64,000 bases of DNA from an uncultured Dysgonomonadaceae bacterium (GCA_964631255.1 CAZVWS010000004.1:35806-99805), one strand, 5' to 3'; shown: positions 48,497-58,147, counted from the first letter of the stretch. Notes: generated by a model from the sequence alone, not told the origin. Made by a program: numbers and translations.

Positions 48497-49435
48497 ATGC
48501 CAAATATAATTTCCAACGAAGCAAATCTTTCCAAGTTGCTGAGCGATGCTTACACCTCCACTCTCAATGCTGAGTTGCAGGGACAAAAACAACACTTAGA
48601 AATATTAAACCAAATAAAAGATTTGCCTCCATTTTCTTTCTCCTTTACCGATGAAAATGGGAACAAAACAGTGTTACAAGTGCCGGTAATAACATTGATT
48701 CCCCTTTCTATGTTGCATATCGAGGAAGCAGAATTTAATTACTCCGTGTCGCTATCATACAATAGTACATCACAAAGCGAGACTCCAATATTAGATAAGG
48801 GAATTCCCAATTTTACAAAAGCATTTATTTACAATAATGGTGCTACTAAAATGATTAATAATAGAAAAGTATATGAAGGAGAATATACAGAATTAGAAGA
48901 AATCGAAATTTTTTTACCAATCACCGGTAGTCAAATTCCAATTTTTAAAATAATAGAAATAGGAGGTGAACCAGTCTATTATCACTCGAAGATATCAAAT
49001 GTAAAACAAAAAATTAAATTGCTTTCATTCGGAAGACCTCACGTAGCTCTTTGGGAATTAAAAAATCCGGATCTAACCAAATATAAATTTTTGATTAGAT
49101 TTCAACTATCTGGAGTGGTTGAATATGAAAATAAGAAGTACATACAAGACAACAAAGGAGAAAAAACCATCGAAATAAAAAAAGAAATATTCAATAACAG
49201 AGACGGGAAAAGATTCGCGTTGAAAAAACACATAGCTCGAGAATTTCTTCACAGATCTCAATATACTGAAATAAACAAGAGCAATACAAACTTTATGGTA
49301 ACGTTAGATAACGAAAACCAAATGAATACAAACCTGACAGTAAAGGTAAAATTGAAACAAAGTAGCATCCCTACTGGTATGTATGAAATTTTGCAAACTG
49401 CCGGTAATAATATAAAAATTATTCAAGGCCGCTAA
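48497..49435 (+). CDS. Divergent split-core family member
   Basis: LSKLLSDAYTSTLNAELQGQKQHLEILNQI, VLQVPVITLIPLSMLHIEEAEFNYSVSLS and NLTVKVKLKQSSIPTGMYEILQTAG match the three core blocks. Confidence 0.7.
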   Translation: MPNIISNEANLSKLLSDAYTSTLNAELQGQKQHLEILNQIKDLPPFSFSFTDENGNKTVLQVPVITLIPLSMLHIEEAEFNYSVSLSYNSTSQSETPILDKGIPNFTKAFIYNNGATKMINNRKVYEGEYTELEEIEIFLPITGSQIPIFKIIEIGGEPVYYHSKISNVKQKIKLLSFGRPHVALWELKNPDLTKYKFLIRFQLSGVVEYENKKYIQDNKGEKTIEIKKEIFNNRDGKRFALKKHIAREFLHRSQYTEINKSNTNFMVTLDNENQMNTNLTVKVKLKQSSIPTGMYEILQTAGNNIKIIQGR

Positions 49436-49480
49436 ATTCTATTATTCTCAAATTCAGATTAAAAAAAGAAATAACAGAAA

Positions 49481-49705
49481 ATGAATCCAACAGAACAAAA
49501 AAAACCGGGACTCGCGTGTCCAAAATGCAATCGTTTCATCGAAACGACTATCGGAGATCTTATTTCAAAATCATATATTGAATGTTCTCACTGCAGATTG
49601 CGCCTCAACATCAACAAGCAAGAGTCGAAAAAAGCACTTGATATATTGCAAGATGTGGAAAAAGCCCGACAAAATTTGGACAAAGCAAGCAATTTTAAAC
49701 GATAA
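49481..49705 (+). CDS. Small zinc-ribbon protein
   Basis: 74 aa with two CxxC pairs (CPKC ... CSHC) and a basic helical tail. Confidence 0.6.
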   Translation: MNPTEQKKPGLACPKCNRFIETTIGDLISKSYIECSHCRLRLNINKQESKKALDILQDVEKARQNLDKASNFKR

Positions 49706-49732
49706 TCACCTTTTCAAAACATATTATTCATC

Positions 49733-50944
49733 ATGCAACACAATGTAAATGACGACATGGCGCGCATCCCTTTTAGTGATTTGATTGGCAGACCGCTAAG
49801 AGCATGTATCGAAGCACAAGAAAAAGCATCCATGTGCACTTGGGACTATATACAGTCTATTGGTTTGCAGGATGTTACTGGCTCTGATAATCCACAAAAG
49901 GAATTGCTGATGATTACCTTTTCATTTATCAGTGAGGGTGGAATGGCTTCGTTGCGCCTGCCTTTACTCTCCGTAGTTCCTATTCCTTATTTTTCTATCG
50001 ACACATTGGATATCAGCTTCCGGGCAAATATTAAATCGGTTCAAGTAACCGAAGAAACCGGCGAAACCAGCCTGAAAGGAATTAATAATATTACCGGAAG
50101 ACGTACAGAAAATATTTTAGCAAGCTATTCGATAAGCAAAGATTCAGAGTCAATAGAAAGCAGCGAATACAATGTAGAAAACGCCATTGACGTAAGAATA
50201 CGTGCCACGCAAGATCACATGCCCGCCGGATTGTCAAAAGTTTTGGCATTTATGGAACAAGCCATACAGGTAAAAACACCACAAATAGAACTAAAAGACA
50301 CAAACATGGCAACTGCCATTCGCGATTTTAGGTATAAATTTTCCAGTCTGCCCAATTCTAATCTCTCTCCTGTTTTAACCTCTATCCCCGGTTTGGTGCC
50401 TGACAAGTCCGATCTTCACATGAAAGAAGGTGTTATAGATAGAAGTTATTTGCAAAGCATCGAGGTTTTGAGTTTTTTATATTCCGATTGTCCTTTTAAC
50501 AACATTGACGATTTGGCTAATATGGATAACCTTACGGCTTTTATTTGTGATAAAATTGTGATTTCTTCTATTTACAGTTTTTCAATGCAAAATCTTTCGT
50601 CGGTGGCTCTATTATCGTTAAACAGCAATGGTGATGCACTTCACGAAAAACAACATATACCAAATTTTGAGTTTAAGTGGCTCCATAAAATTCAAACTCT
50701 ATTCCTGAGCAATTTTCAACAACTTGCACTGAATCAAGTTATTTTGAGCAATTCATTTGATTTAGTTTCACTTGTTATATATAACTGTCATATCGAAGTG
50801 GTGGATATATCCGTTTCAAAAAACATACAAGTTTTAAAAATAGAATCAGGAAATGTAAAAGAGCTAATAGTTTGGCGCGGTTTTTCGACTAATAAATTGC
50901 AAATCTGCAAATTACCCAATGATATTATCATACAAGAAATTTAA
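49733..50944 (+). CDS. Split-core family paralog with leucine-rich-repeat-like C-terminal half
   Basis: IPFSDLIGRPLRACIEAQEKASMCTWDYIQSIG, LRLPLLSVVPIPYFSIDTLDISFRANI and SEYNVENAIDVRIRATQDHMPAGLSKVLAFM. The C-terminal ~200 aa carries LxxLxL-type repeats. Confidence 0.8.
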   Translation: MQHNVNDDMARIPFSDLIGRPLRACIEAQEKASMCTWDYIQSIGLQDVTGSDNPQKELLMITFSFISEGGMASLRLPLLSVVPIPYFSIDTLDISFRANIKSVQVTEETGETSLKGINNITGRRTENILASYSISKDSESIESSEYNVENAIDVRIRATQDHMPAGLSKVLAFMEQAIQVKTPQIELKDTNMATAIRDFRYKFSSLPNSNLSPVLTSIPGLVPDKSDLHMKEGVIDRSYLQSIEVLSFLYSDCPFNNIDDLANMDNLTAFICDKIVISSIYSFSMQNLSSVALLSLNSNGDALHEKQHIPNFEFKWLHKIQTLFLSNFQQLALNQVILSNSFDLVSLVIYNCHIEVVDISVSKNIQVLKIESGNVKELIVWRGFSTNKLQICKLPNDIIIQEI

Positions 50945-50958
50945 CCGGTAAATAAATT

Positions 50959-52122
50959 ATGGCTAAGAAAAAGCAGTACAATAATTTACGTGATGAACCC
51001 ACTGAGCATTTACGGAACATTCCTTTCAGTACTATGTTGGGCGGTCCTGTTGAAGCATGCATTCAAGCACAAGTAGATGCTGCAAACAGCACACGCAGAT
51101 ACATAGAATCGGTCTGTTTTGAAACCGATTATTATGGTCGAAAAAAATCGGTAATGCTGAGTTTCGATTATGTATTTGAGGGTAAATATATGCGACTTAC
51201 CATGCCCCTGATAGCTATAGTACCGGTTCCATTTTTTTGTGTGGATAGCTTAGATATCGAATTTAACGCGAATGTTACCGGATACGAAAACAACAGTATA
51301 CAATGTAAATTTGCACGTATAAATAGAGGAAATTCAGAAAAAAATGATGGAACAAGTACTTTCCACTATTCTAACGAAAATGTGCTAAACGTTCGATTAC
51401 ATGCTTCACAAGACAACATGCCGGGAGGGTTAGGACGTGTATTAAATATTCTGGAGCAATACATGCATATAGAAGAACCGGTAACACCTAGCACTCCAAT
51501 AAAAATTGAATTAACCCCTGAAAAGGTAAACTTAAAAGTTGGAAAGCGAGTAACCTTAAAAGCAAGCACCGATACTGATGTTTCATTAAAATGGACCACT
51601 GACAAACCGGATTTGATAAGAGTATCAAAAAAAGGAAGAGTAACTGCTCTAAAAGAAGGGATAGCCAACGTAATTGTTAGCCATGGTTCTGATTATGCTG
51701 CGGTAAAAATTATCATCACGTCAAATGATGATTTGCCGACTACTTCATTTACATCCGGCAGTGGTCAATCAACATCTCACTACGGTATTGAAATAATTCC
51801 CGATTATTCTTCGACTACAACTACAAGTTCAACTACGGCATCAACCACTATTTCAAGTTCAAGTTCATCTTCAAGTAGTAGCCAATCACATTATGGACTT
51901 GATTTGTTGGCAGATTATTCTACAGAAACCTCAGCCAATAGTTATACAGCACATAGTAGTAGTCCGGCACATTATGGCATCCGGTTGATACAAGATAGTA
52001 ATACTCCACGTAAAAATGTATCCAAATTAAAAAAACAAGCAGAAGCCAAAAAAAATAATCAAAAGAAGAAAATTTCAATCGAAGAAAACATCCGAACAAC
52101 CAGACCTCGCCGGAAAAAATAA
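50959..52122 (+). CDS. Split-core family paralog with Big_2 Ig-like domain, Ser/Thr-rich HYG repeats and basic tail
   Basis: IPFSTMLGGPVEACIQAQVDAANSTRRYIESV, LTMPLIAIVPVPFFCVDSLDIEFNANV and NVLNVRLHASQDNMPGGLGRVLNIL. The Big_2-like segment is LKVGKRVTLKASTDTDVSLKWTTDKPDLIRVSKKGRVTALKEGIANVIV. Confidence 0.8.
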   Translation: MAKKKQYNNLRDEPTEHLRNIPFSTMLGGPVEACIQAQVDAANSTRRYIESVCFETDYYGRKKSVMLSFDYVFEGKYMRLTMPLIAIVPVPFFCVDSLDIEFNANVTGYENNSIQCKFARINRGNSEKNDGTSTFHYSNENVLNVRLHASQDNMPGGLGRVLNILEQYMHIEEPVTPSTPIKIELTPEKVNLKVGKRVTLKASTDTDVSLKWTTDKPDLIRVSKKGRVTALKEGIANVIVSHGSDYAAVKIIITSNDDLPTTSFTSGSGQSTSHYGIEIIPDYSSTTTTSSTTASTTISSSSSSSSSSQSHYGLDLLADYSTETSANSYTAHSSSPAHYGIRLIQDSNTPRKNVSKLKKQAEAKKNNQKKKISIEENIRTTRPRRKK

Positions 52123-52139
52123 TCACAACAAAACATTCC

Positions 52140-52991
52140 ATGTTAGCGATACACACCACAGATAGCAGACCCGCCGCACAGCGTGGGGAAAACTTTTTCC
52201 AAGCCGATTTTGAATTGCTTTGCATGGTATTGTCTGCTCTGAAATGGCGTGAAAAAAACGGTAAAATAAAACTTTATACCGATTCCGCCGCTATGCGCTT
52301 CTACGAAAAAGAGGTATTGCAAGAAATATGGGATGGCGGTATTGATACGCACAGTTTGCAATCGGACAAACACGATATAGATTATCGCATCTTTTGGGCA
52401 GCGGGCAAACTGATTGCTTTGAGCAACGAAACTTCGCCCGTTGCAACAATAGATACCGACATGATTCTTTGGAACGAACTGGGTTATTGGAACGAAAAGC
52501 CAAATTCGTGTATCTGCATCCACAAAGAAGAGTTGTATGAAGGTGTATATTTGGACCCGGTATTCTTGAAAACGGCAGAAGATTATCGGTTCGACGAATC
52601 ATGGGATTGGACAGCCTTGCCATGCAACGCGGCATTCGTATATCACGGCAACCAACAACTACTCCATTATTATTTGGAAGAAGCGTTCCGATTTATGCAC
52701 AAAAACAGAGAAACTCCCGAAGAGATGGTTAGCCAAATGGTGTTTGCCGAACAACGTTTGTTGGGCATTGCTGCCAAAAAACTGAATTTGGAAGTAGATG
52801 CGTTCTATCGGGTAGATGAACTTGCTTCTCAAAAAAATTTTACCCACTTCTGGGGATATAAAGCGGAACTGCGAAAGGACAAAAAATTGGCCGAAACGAT
52901 TTGTAAACAGAGTGTAGAGCGACTGCTTCATGATTTTGCAACGCGACACCCTTTTTTGTTAAAAATGCCGGTTGTGCAGCGATATATGTAA
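52140..52991 (+). CDS. Hypothetical cytoplasmic protein with DxD-like motif (possible nucleotide-sugar transferase-like fold; I recall it as DUF6734-like, unverified)
   Basis: 283 aa, 17 nt after the previous gene. The IDTDMILW segment resembles a DxD motif. No TM segment or signal peptide. Confidence 0.5.
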   Translation: MLAIHTTDSRPAAQRGENFFQADFELLCMVLSALKWREKNGKIKLYTDSAAMRFYEKEVLQEIWDGGIDTHSLQSDKHDIDYRIFWAAGKLIALSNETSPVATIDTDMILWNELGYWNEKPNSCICIHKEELYEGVYLDPVFLKTAEDYRFDESWDWTALPCNAAFVYHGNQQLLHYYLEEAFRFMHKNRETPEEMVSQMVFAEQRLLGIAAKKLNLEVDAFYRVDELASQKNFTHFWGYKAELRKDKKLAETICKQSVERLLHDFATRHPFLLKMPVVQRYM

Positions 52992-53015
52992 TATACTTAA
53001 GAGCAGGTCGAAACT

Positions 53016-55625
53016 CTAATATCTATAACTCACCGTTAACATTATTGCACGCGGACGGATATTATACATATAATCGAAGCGGTCTAAGCCATTGTAAATA
53101 GAGTAAGAGTAATGCCGTTCATTAAACAAGTTATTTGCTGATAGGTTAAACCCCATCTGAGCGTACTTAAAAGTAATTCCTATATCAGCAAAAAATATTT
53201 TTACCGAACTATTTTCTCCAATTTCATTGTACGAATGCTCCAGACGACCATTAAATTGCCACTTTTTACCCAACAAATAGAATGCCGACAACTGCTGTGT
53301 TATTTGCCACATAGAGGATCGAAAAACGTTGGTGTTTTGAATGATCTCCGAGATTTGATTATTTGCCATGGCTTGATAAGTAACTGAACTTGCATCTGAT
53401 AATTTAATGTTTAGCTTGGGTAATAATGCCCATCCCGAAGCTTTATAAGGATACAAGACACCTTGTTATAAACGCTTCCCATTCATACTATTATAACTAA
53501 CATTGAATGAAATATTTGTTCTGATTTCGGAGAAATATTTTCCCGCATAAAACGTCCACAAGAGCATATCAGAACAAGTTGAAAACTCCTTGTTTCCACT
53601 TATCGATTCATTTCCTACAAAGCGTTGTGTGTTTACCGTGTTTCTTGCCGAAGGAGAATATGACAACGATGTGTTTAAGAAAAATATTGTTAAAGGATTA
53701 CGATATTGCACACTCGTGTTGAAAGATTGTCGTTTTATCTGCGATAAAATGTTACTCCGTTTACTGAAATTACGATACGAAGACATAAAATAAACATCAG
53801 CAAGTTCAATAAAATCGCCGATAGATTGTGTATAGCGATATCCCACACGAGCCGTGAGCATGGGAGAAAACCGATAATTGATACGAAAAGACGGAATTGG
53901 GAAAAAGTAAGAACGGTTATTGGAATTAGACATATCTATATAATGCTTCTTGAAAGCAACATCTGCATTGATAATTAGCTTATTTCCCCGATACATATAC
54001 GTAGGTACCAACTCCAAAAGAAAATAATCAGCGTGGAAATTACCGTGAACACTATCTGTAAAAACCGGATGCGTTAACTCTGATTGGTATTTATGTAACG
54101 ATGCTTCCATTGCACCTTTTATAACAAAACTAGAATTGCGCCAACCGAAACCGTAATACGTGCTGTTTCGGGTATAAAAGCCAGAAAGGTTGACCTGTTG
54201 TAATTGCTGAACTTCTACTGTATCGACATTCACTTCCAACCACTGGGGCTGTGCAGAATAAAGAGTGAAAGAGGTAATATCCCACAAATGTTTACCCCAT
54301 TTTTTCACAAACTTTAAATCGTTTTTTACCAATTGCGCAGGTAAATTGAAATGTTGAGATACTCCCATATCATTTACAATTACCGATGCTGTAGTTTTAT
54401 TCCAATTACTGTTCCACGCAAGTGCATTTTTCAAATAGTAATTGGGATTATTATCTGTAAATGTTGCAACCGCATCAACAATATTCACTCGTTGCGAAAG
54501 CTCACTTGTTTCTTTGATATGCAGAGAGCCATCCGGCAATAAGTATTCGCTATTGCGTGATATATTTTCTTTTATTGCATCATTGATATATTGAATATTG
54601 AGTCTTAATTGACTGTGTTCGCCGGTTTTCCAAAGGTTGTTTGCTGATACCGCGTGTGAATTATTAAACAAGTATCTCTTTTTCTCCAATGGTGGATAAT
54701 TGAATAAACGAGCATCTAATAGGTTTTTTTGCGAGAATCCGGATACATCTTCCAACTCGCCCACGGACATTGTTTGAGCCGTAAGTTCAGTTGCGATATC
54801 TTTCGTCGCATTGTTGGTTTTGTACATCACGATAGATTGTAGTTTTCGACCGGCACTCATAGCAAATGCTTCTGCAAGCCACAATAATTCATCGGCATAG
54901 CCGCCACCCAGCGTTACATTTCCAACCGGACGGGATATTTTGTCCTTTTTCAACCGCAGGTTTACAGCTGCTTTATCGCTGGCTACTTCATCTTTTAAAG
55001 TTTGTATGGGTTGATGGTTTTCGATGATTTCGATATTTTGCACCGCGTCTACCGGCACATTGTTGGTGGCGATACCGTAACGACGCTCCAACAAATCCAA
55101 TCCCTCGATATAAAATTTATTGATAGCTTCACCTTGGTATTTTATGCTTCCACTTTCGCTCACTTCAACACCCGGAAGTTTTCTAAGCAAATCGCCGATG
55201 GATTTGTCTTCCAAACTTTTAAAAGCATCAACACTATACACCAATGTGTCCTCTCTACTCCACATAGGACGTGATTTTACAACCACCTCGCGCAACTCTA
55301 TTTCGCCAAACGACATTTCGATAAACAGTTGTTGCGTTTCATTCTCAATGCTTAGTTTCGCCTCCTCATAACCCAATAAACGAGCTTGTAAAACAAGTTG
55401 TTGCGTTTCGTTTTTCACATTTATCCGGAAACTTCCATCTTGTTTTGTTATGGTATAGGCAACGGTTTCTCCATCGTTATCAAGCAAGGTAATAACTGCG
55501 CCCGTAATGGGTTTTTTATCTTCTTTATCCGTTACCCATCCGCTTATGGCAGTCTGAGCTTGAGCACAAAAAGTACTTACAGCAAAAAGAAATAAAAGAA
55601 CCCAACTTTTTTTCATGTCAATCAC
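53016..55625 (-). pseudogene. CarboxypepD_reg + plug + beta-barrel outer-membrane receptor (TonB-dependent-receptor-like) interrupted by one in-frame TAA
   Basis: ORFs 53466-55625 and 53016-53456 are in the same frame. Read-through gives ...NGKRL*QGVLYPYKASGW.... The C-terminal fragment ends in VSYRY, a typical OMP terminus. Confidence 0.7.
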
Positions 55626-56484
55626 TTAATTCTATTGGATTGTATGGACGAGCCTTACTTGCCGATACCGGTAATGAGGATTGTATCATACCCGAATTTT
55701 CTATTTTTCCACTTGGGTTTTCATGGTATTTGCGTTGCGCATCTAAAAAGCGTTTTTTAGTAATATTAAAGCGCGATTTACTTTCTTGAAAATAAATAGG
55801 ATCGCTCCATGTAGGTTTCTCAATACCGATACATTCAAACAAATAGTGCCCTTGATCGTCTTCAATCTTCAAAATTAGTCCGGGCAAACCTCCAAACTTC
55901 CACGGTCCATTATCAGTTGGTATCTCGGGTGTGTACCACGCTGTGTAATTACGTCCAAAAATTGAAGACGTAGCTTTTTTGCACAGATAACCGCAAACAG
56001 TAGTTGTATCGCTACTCAGTGTCCATTCGTATGTCGGTAATTCTTCTTCATACAAATAGCTATCAAAAGGTATACGGTCGATGGTAGTTATCTTCCCTTC
56101 GGGATAGTTTTTAAAAATACTTATCGCTATTGGACGCACTCCTCTACCTAATATTTTGTTCATCGCATCTATACCATCCATTTGCTGTTTGGCGTATTCT
56201 TGCATTAACGAATCGGATAGATATTTTTGTCGGTCAAAAAACTTACTGACAGTCTTTCCCACCTGCAAAAGCATTTCATTCTCGGTTTTTTGGGTGGGGT
56301 TTTCAGCATCTTTAACCCAAAGCATTTTATAATAACAACGAAACAAGGTATTATCTAAAGTATCTTGTTGAGCAGATTTAATGGGAGTTGAATTATAGCC
56401 GGGTCCTACCTCAATTCTGGGTTGAGACAATACATTTATGCAATAAATGATTAGTAGTAATATAAAGAAAAATAATCGTCTCAT
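55618..56484 (-). CDS. GLPGLI family protein
   Basis: Signal peptide and the family-defining GGLPGLILKIED motif. Overlaps the start of the receptor gene by 8 nt. Confidence 0.85.
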   Translation of the reverse strand: MRRLFFFILLLIIYCINVLSQPRIEVGPGYNSTPIKSAQQDTLDNTLFRCYYKMLWVKDAENPTQKTENEMLLQVGKTVSKFFDRQKYLSDSLMQEYAKQQMDGIDAMNKILGRGVRPIAISIFKNYPEGKITTIDRIPFDSYLYEEELPTYEWTLSSDTTTVCGYLCKKATSSIFGRNYTAWYTPEIPTDNGPWKFGGLPGLILKIEDDQGHYLFECIGIEKPTWSDPIYFQESKSRFNITKKRFLDAQRKYHENPSGKIENSGMIQSSLPVSASKARPYNPIELSD

Positions 56485-56709
56485 TGTTATATTTTTTTAA
56501 TGATAATATGCATTTCCTGTATTTTTTACAGAAAGCAAATGTATGAAAAAAAGCAACATAATGATAACTAATTATAGGTAAATGTATTTCAAAGACAAAT
56601 TTTCCATCTGTAATATCTCATTTTATTAACTTTTAATAGTCTCTTTGTTTGCCCATAACCCGATTATAACTACTTTTACGGTTGCATTTATAAAAACAAG
56701 TGATTTAAG

Positions 56710-58077
56710 ATGAAATTTCAGGTAAAAGTATTTATCTTTTTAGCGTTTGCCGCCATTTTTGCACAAAACGCCGTTTCGCAAAACAATATTATCGACGAAA
56801 TTGTGTGGGTTGTTGGAGATGAGGCAATTTTAAAATCGGAGGTAGAGGAGTTTCGTAAAGAAATTCTGATGCAAAACCAACGAATAGATGGCGACCCCTA
56901 TTGCTTCATTCCGGAGCAAATGGCAGTAAACAAACTTTTTCTCGACCAAGCCAAATTAGACAGTATCCAGGTGCAAGAATCAAACGTGAACCGCATGTTA
57001 GAATATTACATCAACGAATATGTATCGTCTATCGGGTCGGAAGCCAAATTGGAAGAGTATTTCGGCAAAAGCATCCGAAAAATTCGCGACGATTTGCGTA
57101 CACAACTTCGCGAACAACAACTCATTCAAGGCGTACAAGAAAAACATTTCGGAAATATAACGCTCACGCCATCCGAAATAAGAAAATTCTACAACTCGAT
57201 GCCACAAGATAGTTTACCATTTATCCCCACAACGGTAGAAGTACAGATTATTACCCGAGAACCCGAAATTCCATTGACGGAAATTGACGCCGTGAAAGCC
57301 CGACTTCGCGAATTTACCGAAGAGATAAACAGCGGCGAGCGTAGTTTCTCTACTTTGGCACTACTCTACTCCGAAGACCCATCGGCAGTGAAAGGCGGCG
57401 AACTGGGATTCATGAACAAAGCCGGATTTGTGCCCGAATTTTCTAACGTGGCTTTTGCCTTGACCGACCCCAAAAAAGTGTCGAACGTGGTAGAAACGGA
57501 ATACGGTTTTCACATCATTCAACTGATAGAACGCAGGGGCGATATGGCAAATTTCAGACACATATTGCTCAAACCCAAAGTGTCGCAAGTACAGTTAGAC
57601 TCGGCAATGGTGAGATTAGACTCTATACGCAGCGGCATCGATAGCAAAAAGATAACGTTTGACGATGCAGCCTTGTTCCTCTCTGCCGACAAAGATACGC
57701 GCAACAACAAAGGTATCATGGTCAATCTTCGCCCAAATTCTGACAATGCCGGAACACCGCGTTTTGAACTGAACGAACTCAACCAAGACATTGCCAAAAT
57801 TGCCGGCGATATGCAAGTTGGCGAAGTGTCCAAACCATTTGTTATGCGCAACGAAAAAGGGAAACAAGTAGTGGCAATTGTGAAAATATCCAGTAGAAAC
57901 GAAGGACACAAAGCCAATATCAACAACGATTATCAAATCATCAAATCGATGGCAGAAAGTGCCAAACGACAAGAATTGATGGACAAATGGTTGTTGAAAA
58001 AAATAGAAACGACATACGTGCGCATCGATCCAAACTGGAAAGGATGCGATTTTAAATACAAAGGTTGGATAAAATAA
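56710..58077 (+). CDS. SurA-like periplasmic chaperone / parvulin peptidyl-prolyl isomerase
   Basis: Signal peptide, SurA_N-like region, and parvulin motif GGELGFMNKAGFVPEF...EYGFHIIQLIERRG. Confidence 0.85.
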   Translation: MKFQVKVFIFLAFAAIFAQNAVSQNNIIDEIVWVVGDEAILKSEVEEFRKEILMQNQRIDGDPYCFIPEQMAVNKLFLDQAKLDSIQVQESNVNRMLEYYINEYVSSIGSEAKLEEYFGKSIRKIRDDLRTQLREQQLIQGVQEKHFGNITLTPSEIRKFYNSMPQDSLPFIPTTVEVQIITREPEIPLTEIDAVKARLREFTEEINSGERSFSTLALLYSEDPSAVKGGELGFMNKAGFVPEFSNVAFALTDPKKVSNVVETEYGFHIIQLIERRGDMANFRHILLKPKVSQVQLDSAMVRLDSIRSGIDSKKITFDDAALFLSADKDTRNNKGIMVNLRPNSDNAGTPRFELNELNQDIAKIAGDMQVGEVSKPFVMRNEKGKQVVAIVKISSRNEGHKANINNDYQIIKSMAESAKRQELMDKWLLKKIETTYVRIDPNWKGCDFKYKGWIK

Positions 58078-58147
58078 AGGATTGGTTTTTTCTCGTGAAA
58101 CAACCATAAGCGAAAGAAAGAATTTCGACGCACAAGAAGACAAATAG

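Noticed and set aside
44479-52991. Prophage or integrative mobile element as an explanation for the paralog locus
   Set aside because: The window contains no integrase, terminase, portal, tail, transposase or tRNA attachment site. I saw no flanking direct repeats. The Big_2 domain alone is not evidence for a phage.
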